Positions 32,805 to 41,322 of a DNA stretch of 47,921 nt are shown in pieces. This stretch comes from a virus. The position numbers were made by a program, and so were the translations under genes. How positions within the stretch are numbered: position 1 is the stretch's first letter; each line of letters begins with the position of its first letter. The stretch lies in IMG/VR virus record IMGVR_UViG_3300021082_000007; one strand, written 5' to 3'. The notes under the pieces were generated by a model. The model saw only the letters and a list, made by a program, of their open reading frames with translations, was not told where the DNA came from and made no database searches.

Positions 32805-33833
32805 TCAGAGGCGCGGCGCTCCCTCGCGAGCAAACCTAACTGCTTCCAGCAGTGTTTTCGGCTCGGGTGCCACACCAGCGGTTCGTCCGGTGCTGCTCGG
32901 AACGCGCGATGTGGCTTGGCGTCGGGGCTGGGTCCAAGTCTTGTACTGCTCGTTGACCCGGCGATACGCCTCTTGGGCGATCTGGATGCCGTTGTCGGCC
33001 GAGCGAGGTGGACCGTACTCCCCAACGATAGCCATCATCGTACTCTGAACAGCGGCTTTTTTCGCCGCGTAGTAGGGGTCCGATCGCATAACCTTCGCTT
33101 CCCAGCCGTTGACGGCGGTCGCCACCTGATCTGCCAAGATCTTCCGCTGGAATTGATCTTGCTGTGCTGCCGACGTTTGCTGGTGCTGTTGCAACGCGGC
33201 CTGATTCTTGACCGCGTTGGTCTGCGCCATTGCCTTGTCCATGCGTTCTCGCGAATACATGGCCGCGGCTTGCGTCGTCATATGCCCCTGCTGCACTGAC
33301 TGTTGCAGGTCAGGGGGCAGCGAGATGCCGAGGTACTCCTCGCAAAGCTTCATGTACGGCGCTACGCCGGCATGAAACTTAGCGAAGTCACCGCGGCGCA
33401 TCGCCGCCATCAGCTCAAGGCCCATCAAGAAATCATCCTGGCCGATGTCGTTGCGGCGCAGATAATCCTCGACCTTACCGGCCATGACAGCGGCCGGCTC
33501 AAGCGACTTCAGACGCTGCACCTCGCCCGACAACTTCTGCCGTTGCGAGTTCAGCTTCTTGATGCGCCGTTGCGCGGCCTTGGAAAGCTTGGCTAGTTCG
33601 TCAGGTGTCGGCTCTTCCGACAACTCTGGTTCGGACTTCCTTGCGACTTGGGATGGCGAGTCCCCATCGGAATCGTCGGTGTCTCTGTCGTCGGTCTGGC
33701 GCAGCTCAGGCACTGCACTCTGGATCGCGTCTAGAAGACTACCGCCGACATCGCCGGCGTCCGTACCTGGCGAAGGCACCTGCTCGACTGACTGCTCTAC
33801 CGCGGTGGGTAGTTGCTTGTCGTCGTCTGCCAT
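32805..33833 (-). CDS. Scaffolding protein
   Basis: Acidic N-terminus (MADDDKQ...), long Gln/Ala/Glu-rich helical body, located between portal and capsid; ATG 33833 preceded by agggga. Confidence 0.6.
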   Translation of the reverse strand: MADDDKQLPTAVEQSVEQVPSPGTDAGDVGGSLLDAIQSAVPELRQTDDRDTDDSDGDSPSQVARKSEPELSEEPTPDELAKLSKAAQRRIKKLNSQRQKLSGEVQRLKSLEPAAVMAGKVEDYLRRNDIGQDDFLMGLELMAAMRRGDFAKFHAGVAPYMKLCEEYLGISLPPDLQQSVQQGHMTTQAAAMYSRERMDKAMAQTNAVKNQAALQQHQQTSAAQQDQFQRKILADQVATAVNGWEAKVMRSDPYYAAKKAAVQSTMMAIVGEYGPPRSADNGIQIAQEAYRRVNEQYKTWTQPRRQATSRVPSSTGRTAGVAPEPKTLLEAVRFAREGAPRL

Positions 33834-33865
33834 ATTGAATTCCCCTGGCGCCAACTTAGCGCCTG

Positions 33866-34015
33866 TCATTGATACTTATCTTGAATCCATACCGTTAACA
33901 ACCGGCGCCACCACGGCACCTTGAGGCACTCACTGAGCGCATACTTCCTGGCGCACGGCCACGGTCGATCCGTTATGTGACAGGTACACTTCCTCGTCAG
34001 CGGCGGCATCGTCAT
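33866..34015 (-). CDS. Possible 49-aa Cys/Trp-rich ORF coupled to the portal gene
   Basis: MTMPPLTRKCTCHITDRPWPCARKYALSECLKVPWWRRLLTVWIQDKYQ. Its ATG forms an ATGA overlap with the portal stop. It fills an otherwise empty 178-nt gap. Confidence 0.35.
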   Translation of the reverse strand: MTMPPLTRKCTCHITDRPWPCARKYALSECLKVPWWRRLLTVWIQDKYQ

Positions 34016-36603
34016 GGCGGCATACCCGGCGGCCCGCCCGGCATCGGATGCGCCCGGCCCGGCGGCGCGCCAGCTAGTGTGCTCTGCGCGTCCGGCGCGC
34101 TCGGTGGCGGCCCTGTGTCTCCACCACCTGGCGCGTTGACGGCTCCCTGTGGACCCATAGCGGCGCCAGGACCGGCGCCGGCACCCGGCATGGTCGGCGC
34201 GCCACCGGCGCCAGATGCGGCACCGTTCATTGCAACGATCGATGGCAACGCCGACTTGAACGCTTCGGTTAGGTCGAGCCGGTCGTCCAAGCGCCGCAGC
34301 GTTTCCTTGGCGAGGAACTCCGGGTCGATGCCTGGCAACTGTATCAGCAGCGGCATGAGCCGTTGCGCGTTGGCGATCTCCTGCGCCTGGTTCGGCCGGC
34401 CCATGCTGCCGGCCTCGATCTCTAGAAGTATCTCGTTGGCGATGTCCTGCGCGACCGGCTCGGCCGGCCACACCGCGCCCTGGCCGACGATCTTTTTGAC
34501 CTTCTCTTGCGACATCTCCCGCATCAGGATCTGGCCGCCGTTGCGTGCCAGCTGGGTCAACAGATCGTTCAGATCATCGATGTTGGATCCCATAGAAGTC
34601 ATCCGCGAGCCTTCGGCAATCTGCGCTTGGGTCGCGGTGGTGTTCGACGTGCCGCCGAGGTTGGCTTCTTGGATGCCTGTCGTCCGTAGAATGTCCTCAT
34701 AGACGGGATTGACCTCGTACAAGTTCGGGTCGACGCCGGGGCCGGCATACGGCTGCAACAGTTGCTTCACGTCTTGATTGGGCTGCAACGCATTGAGCTC
34801 GATGATCGCGTTGGCTTCGCGGTGCTCAAGCTTCTCCATATCCTCGGCATCCATGCTGCCCGACACCACCGCGGTGAACGGCCGGCCGGCGATGCGCTGT
34901 TCCTTGAGGCCCTCGCGGCAGCGATTGTATTCAAGCTGCATGTCGCGCATTAACCTAACGTCGCTCGGCGGATACAGCTCCTTCTCATCCTCGATGCCGT
35001 TGAAGATCAAGCCGTACCAGGGGTAGAACCGCTCGTTGTAGATCTCCGGCGAGGCCGGCTCTTTGAGAAACTCACGGTAACCGTCGCAGATCACATAGAC
35101 CAAGCCGTCGTTGCGGTTGTAGATCTCCCAGACGACCGCGTTAGGATCCCCGCGCGACTCGGTGCGCGCACGGTCCTTGCTGCTCATCCAATCTTCCATC
35201 GCTTTGCTTGGATCGGTATCATTATCGGTGCCGTACTCGGTGCAATGGCCCCTGACATCCACGCCGTAGATCTCTTCGATCTCACTAACGGATAAGAGGT
35301 ACTCCTCGGCGACCCAGCCGGCCGCGACCCAGTTCCTGAGATCTATGCATTTGATATCCGGGATGATCCGCGTCGACATCGGGAAATCAAAGGTAAGCCC
35401 TTCACGGACTACCGCGCCCTGCGCCTTGATCAGATCGGCCAGCAGCAGCCGCAGCTGCTCGGCTTCCATGTCGCTGCCATCAGTGATGTCGTCGGTGGCA
35501 TCCGCAGCCAGGCGCTGCAAAGTCGCCAGCCGCTCGTTGGCGTCGGCGATGCCCTTCTCCAGGTCGGGACGGACTTGCATCACCCGCTCAAAGCCGAGCT
35601 TGACGTATGCGACACCGTTGGTAACCGCGCGCCGCACGGTCATCTTCAGCATGCTCTTGAACGGATGCGGCTGGTTGTCGACCTCGTAGGCGTAGAGCAG
35701 CTCTAAGGTGCGCGCCAGCTTGTCCATCATCTGGTTCTCGGACTTCACCCGAGCCGCATCCATCATGATGTCCATGCCGCTGCCGATCGCCTGCGCGATC
35801 ATCGGCGAGGCCGGCGGCGCCAGGTTGTTAGCCGCGGCGCCGGCCGCAGCCTGGCCGAGCTGGTCGCCCAGCCGCTGCGGCGCCTGCATCGAGCCGGGAG
35901 TTCGGTCGGCGGTCGCGGCGCCCATTTGGCCGGAGATCTGGTTCATCGACGGCGACGGCGCGGTCGCCGGGTTGGGCGGCATGCCGCCAGCCATTAGCAT
36001 TCCTATGTCAGGAGGCTGCCCGGTCGCCATCGGCATCATGCCCTGGATGGCGCTGCCGGCCGCGCCCGCGGCCTGGCCCATCATGCCGGGTGGCATGCCG
36101 GCCATGCCGCCAGGCGCCATCGGCCCCTGGCCCATGGCGCCGGCAGCTTGCGCCTGCTGCATCATCATCGCCGCCGAGGCCATAAGCTGGTTGAGCGTAG
36201 TCTGGCTCTCGTCCCAGCTGGTGGCATTGAGGCGCGGACGCTTCTTGGCAACGGCTTTCGGATTCTTGGCATAGAGAAACGCGGTCTTTTGCGCCACCAG
36301 CCTGAGCGTGAGATTAGCCACATAGCGGCGGTCTTTGTTGTCCTTGCTCCACTGCTTGCCGAAGCAGAACTCCTGGTCTTCGCGCATCCGGTCGAAGCTG
36401 GGCTTCCAGTATCGCTTCGCTTTCTTGACCTTGCTCGTCCAATCGCTGACCAGCTTACGTCGACGGTCTGGCGGATCTGGATTGGCCCGCGGGATGGAAT
36501 TGGGCCTGCCGGTTACCGGGTTGATATCCGGCTCGCTGGATTCGGCGTCCTCATCGAACCCGGCGAACATTTTCATCATGTCGTCTTGGAAGGCGTCTAC
36601 CAT
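34012..36603 (-). CDS. Portal protein (863 aa) with Met/Gly/Pro/Ala/Gln-rich insertion and Gly/Pro-rich tail
   Basis: Large ORF directly after terL (7-nt overlap). Low-complexity insert at about aa 141-281 and in the last ~75 aa. Confidence 0.7.
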   Translation of the reverse strand: MVDAFQDDMMKMFAGFDEDAESSEPDINPVTGRPNSIPRANPDPPDRRRKLVSDWTSKVKKAKRYWKPSFDRMREDQEFCFGKQWSKDNKDRRYVANLTLRLVAQKTAFLYAKNPKAVAKKRPRLNATSWDESQTTLNQLMASAAMMMQQAQAAGAMGQGPMAPGGMAGMPPGMMGQAAGAAGSAIQGMMPMATGQPPDIGMLMAGGMPPNPATAPSPSMNQISGQMGAATADRTPGSMQAPQRLGDQLGQAAAGAAANNLAPPASPMIAQAIGSGMDIMMDAARVKSENQMMDKLARTLELLYAYEVDNQPHPFKSMLKMTVRRAVTNGVAYVKLGFERVMQVRPDLEKGIADANERLATLQRLAADATDDITDGSDMEAEQLRLLLADLIKAQGAVVREGLTFDFPMSTRIIPDIKCIDLRNWVAAGWVAEEYLLSVSEIEEIYGVDVRGHCTEYGTDNDTDPSKAMEDWMSSKDRARTESRGDPNAVVWEIYNRNDGLVYVICDGYREFLKEPASPEIYNERFYPWYGLIFNGIEDEKELYPPSDVRLMRDMQLEYNRCREGLKEQRIAGRPFTAVVSGSMDAEDMEKLEHREANAIIELNALQPNQDVKQLLQPYAGPGVDPNLYEVNPVYEDILRTTGIQEANLGGTSNTTATQAQIAEGSRMTSMGSNIDDLNDLLTQLARNGGQILMREMSQEKVKKIVGQGAVWPAEPVAQDIANEILLEIEAGSMGRPNQAQEIANAQRLMPLLIQLPGIDPEFLAKETLRRLDDRLDLTEAFKSALPSIVAMNGAASGAGGAPTMPGAGAGPGAAMGPQGAVNAPGGGDTGPPPSAPDAQSTLAGAPPGRAHPMPGGPPGMPP

Positions 36604-38174
36604 CCTTGCAGGCTCCTCGCCCGAAGATCGTGACCCTCACGCCGGCGCGTGTCTGCAAACATCTCGCGGAAGGAGCCGGCCGTTGTTTCTGGCTCGATCT
36701 TCCTGCCGCGGGTTCGCCCGTGCATCTTCGATAGTCCTAGCCCAATAAGGCTCAGAGTGTCGACCAGGTCATCGTTTGAGCCATGCGGGAATTTAAGTAT
36801 TTGATCCTGGCCCTCCGACCACCAGCGGGTGAAGCTGGGAAAGCGCACCATCTTCATAGAGGTTCTAGCCTGGATCGCCTGGGCGCGCTGCTGCTTGTCG
36901 GCCGCGGGGTTGATCGGATCGATCGCGCAGAACACCTGCTTCTCGCGCATACGCCGTTTGAGAAATGGACCGATGCTCTTGGTGATGGCGCCGCCCTCGG
37001 CCCACCAAAACTGCGGCTTATACTTCTTCATCAGCGCGATCATGCTTTCGACCGCCTCATGAGAATCCAGCCGCTTCCAGACCATGTCCGGCATCACCCA
37101 GATGTTGTCCTTCTCATCGACGCCGACGATCATCAGACAGGTCTTGTCGGCGGATTTGGCGACCGACACCGCGTGGTCCGATGCCCCATAGAATCGCAAG
37201 GTATGAAACGCCGGTATGTCATCCATTTTATTGTAAGGGACCAGGTCGCTATCCTTGAAGAATGCGCCGTCTTTAGGTCCTGGACGGCCCTGATACAGCG
37301 CAGCAAATCCACGCGGATCGGTGGCACGGATCTCCTCCAGATATTGCTGGGTGAACCGCTCCGGCCATAGCGCCTCGCCGGGCGCGCGGCCGAGAATGTC
37401 GTTGTCTTCGGCTAATGCCGGCAGATCAATCTTGCGCCAGGCTTTGGCTTCTTCAACATTGAAGTATGGATTAAGCGGGTCGATAAGCCTGCCAACGAGA
37501 TCGTCTTCGGTCCACCTGGTCTGGACGATGACGATAGTGCCAGTCGAATCCATGAGGCGAGTTCGGAGGACTTGATTGTACCATTGCCACAGCTTCTCTC
37601 TAACGATGACTGAGTCAGCTTCAGTTCGATCCTTAATAGGGTCGTCCAATAAGATGCAGTGACCACCACGTCCGGTGATCGAGGAGCCGCGTCCCACACT
37701 GAAGACCACTCCATCACGGGTCGTTTGCACGCGGTTGACTGCATTGGCGCCGACTTTGATCTCTACCTCGGGGAAGACTTGCTTGTACTCGGGGGTTTCC
37801 ATGATGTCTCGGACACGTCGTCCGAGATCCCATGAATAATGCTCGTTGTAAGTAGCAACAATAATAGAGCGGTCAGGATGCCTACCGACATACCAAGCAG
37901 GAAACATCGCGCTGGCAAGCGTGGTCTTACCAAACCGAGGCCCAACATTGATCATCAACCTCCGGTAATCGCCGCGCTCGACCTCTTCAAGCGCGCTACC
38001 GATCATGCGGTGAAACGGCTGTGGTTTATAGAGCGACTGCCCGACATCGTCGTCGTAGTTGGGGTCGGGCATCATCAGTTCTGTAAACGCTATCAGATCG
38101 TCGCGGGCCGTGAGGATCGCCCGCTTGCGCTTCAGAAGCTTGAGGCGGACGTTCTCTTCAGCCTTCGTCGTCAT
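36597..38174 (-). CDS. terL: Terminase large subunit
   Basis: Walker A NVGPRFGKTT, Walker B CILLDDPIKD, coupling motif IVQTRWTEDDL, C-terminal nuclease-like region. Confidence 0.95.
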   Translation of the reverse strand: MTTKAEENVRLKLLKRKRAILTARDDLIAFTELMMPDPNYDDDVGQSLYKPQPFHRMIGSALEEVERGDYRRLMINVGPRFGKTTLASAMFPAWYVGRHPDRSIIVATYNEHYSWDLGRRVRDIMETPEYKQVFPEVEIKVGANAVNRVQTTRDGVVFSVGRGSSITGRGGHCILLDDPIKDRTEADSVIVREKLWQWYNQVLRTRLMDSTGTIVIVQTRWTEDDLVGRLIDPLNPYFNVEEAKAWRKIDLPALAEDNDILGRAPGEALWPERFTQQYLEEIRATDPRGFAALYQGRPGPKDGAFFKDSDLVPYNKMDDIPAFHTLRFYGASDHAVSVAKSADKTCLMIVGVDEKDNIWVMPDMVWKRLDSHEAVESMIALMKKYKPQFWWAEGGAITKSIGPFLKRRMREKQVFCAIDPINPAADKQQRAQAIQARTSMKMVRFPSFTRWWSEGQDQILKFPHGSNDDLVDTLSLIGLGLSKMHGRTRGRKIEPETTAGSFREMFADTRRREGHDLRARSLQGW

Positions 38175-38385
38175 GCTTGTACTTCGCCTTCGGTACGTCC
38201 GGCAGCGTCCTGATCTTTGCCTTCGGCGACGAAGTCATCGTGTTCGGCTCGACCGGCGTCGGCTGCGGACCTTTGATCGGCGAGGTGTGGTGGGTGTAGG
38301 TGTCCATGGTCTTGGACGTGTTCGGCGGCGGGCCGGCGCTCGGCGGCGGCTTGATGTTCACGGTCTTACCGATCTTGCTAGCCAT
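38158..38385 (-). CDS. Hypothetical Pro/Lys-rich protein (75 aa) upstream of terL
   Basis: ATG preceded by taggga; overlaps the terL start by 17 nt; too small and featureless to call a small terminase. Confidence 0.45.
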   Translation of the reverse strand: MASKIGKTVNIKPPPSAGPPPNTSKTMDTYTHHTSPIKGPQPTPVEPNTMTSSPKAKIRTLPDVPKAKYKHDDEG

Positions 38386-38400
38386 GTGCAGTTCCCTAAG

Positions 38401-38442
38401 TTGAAAACCGGAAAAAATTTTTGGCGGCTATGCGCGTATGAC
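38401..38442. promoter_or_regulatory. Copy 2 of the conserved A6T5 motif; possible leftward promoter for the terminase-portal-capsid genes
   Basis: TTGAAAA-n2-GGAAAAAATTTTTGGCGG-n9-TATGAC. On the minus strand it reads TTGTCA-n16-AAAAAT, ending about 25 nt upstream of the ATG at 38385. Confidence 0.35.
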
Positions 38443-38601
38443 AAACCCGAAAGCGTGCCAGCCGAGCAAAAACAACAAGACGAAGAACAGCAAACTGTTG
38501 GCGTGGACGGCCCACGGATATTGACCTGGCGCGTAGGTATTACCTAGCCAAGAGAAGAACCACAGCACCATGAGAATCCAGAATAACAGACCGATAGACA
38601 T
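38428..38601 (-). CDS. Two-TMD small membrane protein (57 aa), holin-like
   Basis: MSIGLLFWILMVLWFFSWLGNTYAPGQYPWAVHANSLLFFVLLFLLGWHAFGFVIRA; perfect aggagg RBS; below the track size cut-off. Confidence 0.55.
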   Translation of the reverse strand: MSIGLLFWILMVLWFFSWLGNTYAPGQYPWAVHANSLLFFVLLFLLGWHAFGFVIRA

Positions 38602-38603
38602 GG

Positions 38604-38813
38604 CTACCTCCTGATCGAGCAGCGTTCCATCTGTAGCATGTTGCGAGCCAGCGCCCGGCAGTTGTTCTCGGCTTGGATCGCGTCGATCTCGTAGCGCGTA
38701 TAAAACGGCGGCCGCTCGGTGATTACCGTCGTAATGCAGCCGGACAATAAGATAGCGAGTAGCGCCGCGCCAAAGACCGTGGCGACTAGAAAGTAGTCGT
38801 GTGCTGTCATCAC
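38604..38813 (-). CDS. Lipoprotein (69 aa), o-spanin-like
   Basis: Signal peptide with lipobox AILLSGC. Confidence 0.5.
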   Translation of the reverse strand: MMTAHDYFLVATVFGAALLAILLSGCITTVITERPPFYTRYEIDAIQAENNCRALARNMLQMERCSIRR

Positions 38814-38817
38814 AGCC

Positions 38818-39090
38818 TCAACGGCGGCGTCGGGTCGCCGCCAGGTCGATCATATACTTGGATTGGTCGATTGTAACGGGACCGCCGGCGCTGATCGGCG
38901 TGCCGGGCGGCACTACTTCTGGCGTTATTGGCGCCGGCGGCGGGTGCGTTGCGTCATAAGCGGTCTTGGTGTCGATCGCACGATTGACCGCGTCAGCGAC
39001 CGCCAGCTTCTCATTGAACACATTGACGGGGCCGGTTGGTTCCAGCTCCCCGCCAATGCGCAGTTGTGGATTTTTAGGCCATTCAGTCAC
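38818..39090 (-). CDS. Hypothetical Pro-rich protein (90 aa)
   Basis: ATGA-coupled to the upstream gene; no TMD. Confidence 0.5.
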   Translation of the reverse strand: MTEWPKNPQLRIGGELEPTGPVNVFNEKLAVADAVNRAIDTKTAYDATHPPPAPITPEVVPPGTPISAGGPVTIDQSKYMIDLAATRRRR

Positions 39091-39350
39091 TTGGTCTGTG
39101 GCTCCGGCGGCAGGTTAGGGTTGGGCGGACTGTCGGGCGGCTGGCCCATCGGGTCCGTCTTTGGGTCGGCCTTGTGATCGGCCGGATTCGGTGGTTGCGG
39201 TCGCGGCGTGTGGCGGGGTTCTTCCTCGTCGTCGGACTTCTTGGTCGACATCTTGGCTTTCCTCTTCTTTCGGGGTGTGGCCGGCTTCTTCCGCGCAGTC
39301 ACCTTGCGCCGTGGCGCAACAACCGGGCGCTTTCGCTTGGCCTTCCTCAT
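39087..39350 (-). CDS. Hyper-basic / Pro-rich protein (87 aa)
   Basis: gggagga RBS. More than half of the first ~38 residues are Lys/Arg (MRKAKRKRPVVAPRRKVTARKKPATPRKKRKAK). The C-terminal half is Pro-rich. Confidence 0.55.
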   Translation of the reverse strand: MRKAKRKRPVVAPRRKVTARKKPATPRKKRKAKMSTKKSDDEEEPRHTPRPQPPNPADHKADPKTDPMGQPPDSPPNPNLPPEPQTK

Positions 39351-39380
39351 AACAAAGCATCCTCCCTATAGGTTGCCGCC

Positions 39381-39593
39381 TTATTTCACCGCACCGGCGA
39401 TCGGCTGGCAAGTCTTAGCCAGCTCGGCAATCAAGGCGTCACGGCGCTCCGACGCCGACGAGATGTGGTAGAGCGTGAAGAACACCACGCCGAGGCAGAC
39501 GATATTGATGATCACCAGCGGCAGCGCGAGCGGCCCCGCGGCCGCCAACCCCTTGGCGATCTCGCCCGCCACCTTGCCGGTGTACTCGATCAT
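39381..39593 (-). CDS. Single-TMD small membrane protein (70 aa), holin or i-spanin-like
   Basis: LALPLVIINIVCLGVVFFTLY transmembrane helix. Confidence 0.45.
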   Translation of the reverse strand: MIEYTGKVAGEIAKGLAAAGPLALPLVIINIVCLGVVFFTLYHISSASERRDALIAELAKTCQPIAGAVK

Positions 39594-40009
39594 TTCTTCC
39601 TGGCTTCCAGCGCCTTGACGCGCTTCTCCAGCTCATCGAGCCGCTCATGCGGCGACTTGACCGGCGGCAGCGTCGGCGGCTCCGACGGCAACAACAGACC
39701 GTTTGCTTCAGTGTCGTAGCACATACCCTGGTAGCGCGGCTGCGGATCGCTCTCGTCATCGTCGTCCATCACCTCAAGCACAAGGCGATTGATCGGCCAT
39801 ATCGCCGTCGCGTCGCGCGTCGCGACCTTGACGGCGCCGCCCTCGACCGCGAGCTTCACCGTATCCGGCAGCAAGACGTTCTGCTTGAGGAACTCATACC
39901 AATCGGTCCCGTCATCGCGTCGGCAGAACAATGCACTGGCCGGAAACAGGGCGGGCAGCGCGTCTGGCCTGTAGGGCGACCATGTACCGTGGTGGATGAT
40001 CCGCATCAT
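39590..40009 (-). CDS. Hypothetical protein; possible tail-fibre assembly chaperone by position
   Basis: ATGA-coupled to the tail-fibre gene stop; short C-terminal coiled coil ERLDELEKRVKALEARKK. Confidence 0.35.
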   Translation of the reverse strand: MMRIIHHGTWSPYRPDALPALFPASALFCRRDDGTDWYEFLKQNVLLPDTVKLAVEGGAVKVATRDATAIWPINRLVLEVMDDDDESDPQPRYQGMCYDTEANGLLLPSEPPTLPPVKSPHERLDELEKRVKALEARKK

Positions 40010-41322
40010 GCGTATCCAGTGGCAACCCAAGTGCCATCAGCGACCTGAATCTGAAACTGGCGAAAGCGGGCGGTGAAAGCATTGTACGAGCTTGGGCCGC
40101 TTATCCCGGTGATACCGGCCCCGCCCCACGGCTCTTGCAGAGGACCATTGAACCCGCAATCCACGTCGCCGAGGTATACCCACCGCGCGTTGATCAGCGG
40201 GTTGCCGGGGTTGTTGCTGAAGTCGCGTGTCGTCCAGAACCTGTAGGCCACGCCTTCGCCGTGCGACCAGCCGCCCATGTAGAAGTTGCCGTCGGTATTC
40301 ATGCCGAAGTTGGCGCCGAAGTAGCCCTGGCAGTGGAAGGCGATAGTCGGATAGGGCGGGCCTTGCACCATGACGCTGGAGGGTGTCGCCGAGGCGAAGT
40401 AGACGCCATTGTTGTAGAAGGTGTGATTAACATTGCTGGGATGGGTAGATCCGCCGTTGGCGGCGAGCAAGCCGCTGAACGTGCCGGCGCCGGCAGTAAT
40501 GCCGCCGCCGACCCCCAGACCGCCGCTCGGCATAATGTAGTTGGTGCCGTCGAAGCCGACGTAGTGGGCCTGGTTGCTGCCGAGAAAGACGTAGCCGACG
40601 TTAGCGCCGCGGTAGCTGTAAGTATCGGCGGCGACCTTCAAGTCGCCGGTCATGGTATCGCCGGTCTTGCTGACCTTGCCGGCAAGGGCAGTGGCGTTGG
40701 TGCTATCGCCGGCGTCGACGTAGTCCTTGCGCACGGCATTGGCCGCAGCTGGCACGGTCGGCAGCGACAGATGTCCGGTCATGGTCCCGCCGGCCTTGGC
40801 GACCTTCTCGGCTTCCAGCTCGGCGATCGCGTCCTGCACGTTGGTGGCGGCGATCGCGCCGGTGGCGGTCGACGGAATCAAGGCCGCGTTCGGCGGCGGC
40901 GGGGTGGAGTCGTCAACGTACTTCCGGGTGGCCGCCTCTAGATCGGTGGATGGAGCGCCGGCCAGGACCAGCGGCCCGGTCATGGTGCCGCCGGCCTTGG
41001 GCAGGTAGCTGCTCAGATCGGTGGAATCGCCTGGGTCTCGGGTGGCGGCAAACCACTGCGCCGGATTGAAGGCGCCAGGCGAGATGTTGGCTTGCGCGAC
41101 ATAGAGCTTGCCGGCGTTGGCGACGAAGTCGCCGGCGGCGTATTGCGACCGCGTATCGAAGTAGCGCACCGCAATCAGGAACAGCGGCTGGCCGTCGGCG
41201 ACGTTGCCGACCGCCATCTGCCGGTTGGCGGTATTGACGTAGACCTCGCCCTTTTCCAGGGTCGGGGCTACAGCGGCAGGGCTGCCGTCGCGGCGATGGC
41301 GATAGTGCGAGGTCATGGTCAA
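40006..41322 (-). CDS. Tail fibre protein (paralogue A)
   Basis: The N-terminal ~95 aa are homologous to 44128..45867 (VNTANRQ.AVG, A.RYFD.R..YAAGD.V..AGKLY). It has repeated GGTMTG.L.L...AA.A..K.YVD fibre motifs. Confidence 0.8.
   Translation of the reverse strand: MTMTSHYRHRRDGSPAAVAPTLEKGEVYVNTANRQMAVGNVADGQPLFLIAVRYFDTRSQYAAGDFVANAGKLYVAQANISPGAFNPAQWFAATRDPGDSTDLSSYLPKAGGTMTGPLVLAGAPSTDLEAATRKYVDDSTPPPPNAALIPSTATGAIAATNVQDAIAELEAEKVAKAGGTMTGHLSLPTVPAAANAVRKDYVDAGDSTNATALAGKVSKTGDTMTGDLKVAADTYSYRGANVGYVFLGSNQAHYVGFDGTNYIMPSGGLGVGGGITAGAGTFSGLLAANGGSTHPSNVNHTFYNNGVYFASATPSSVMVQGPPYPTIAFHCQGYFGANFGMNTDGNFYMGGWSHGEGVAYRFWTTRDFSNNPGNPLINARWVYLGDVDCGFNGPLQEPWGGAGITGISGPSSYNAFTARFRQFQIQVADGTWVATGYA

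Noticed and set aside
33866-34471. 201-aa Arg-rich ORF overlapping the portal 3' end
   Set aside because: Its composition is implausible and it lies out of frame inside the portal gene. Only the last 49 codons downstream of the portal stop are considered as a possible small gene.
38158-38385. Calling the 75-aa gene upstream of terL a small terminase
   Set aside because: There is no HTH or oligomerisation motif, the sequence is Pro/Lys-rich and low-complexity, and it is shorter than known TerS proteins. Position alone is insufficient.
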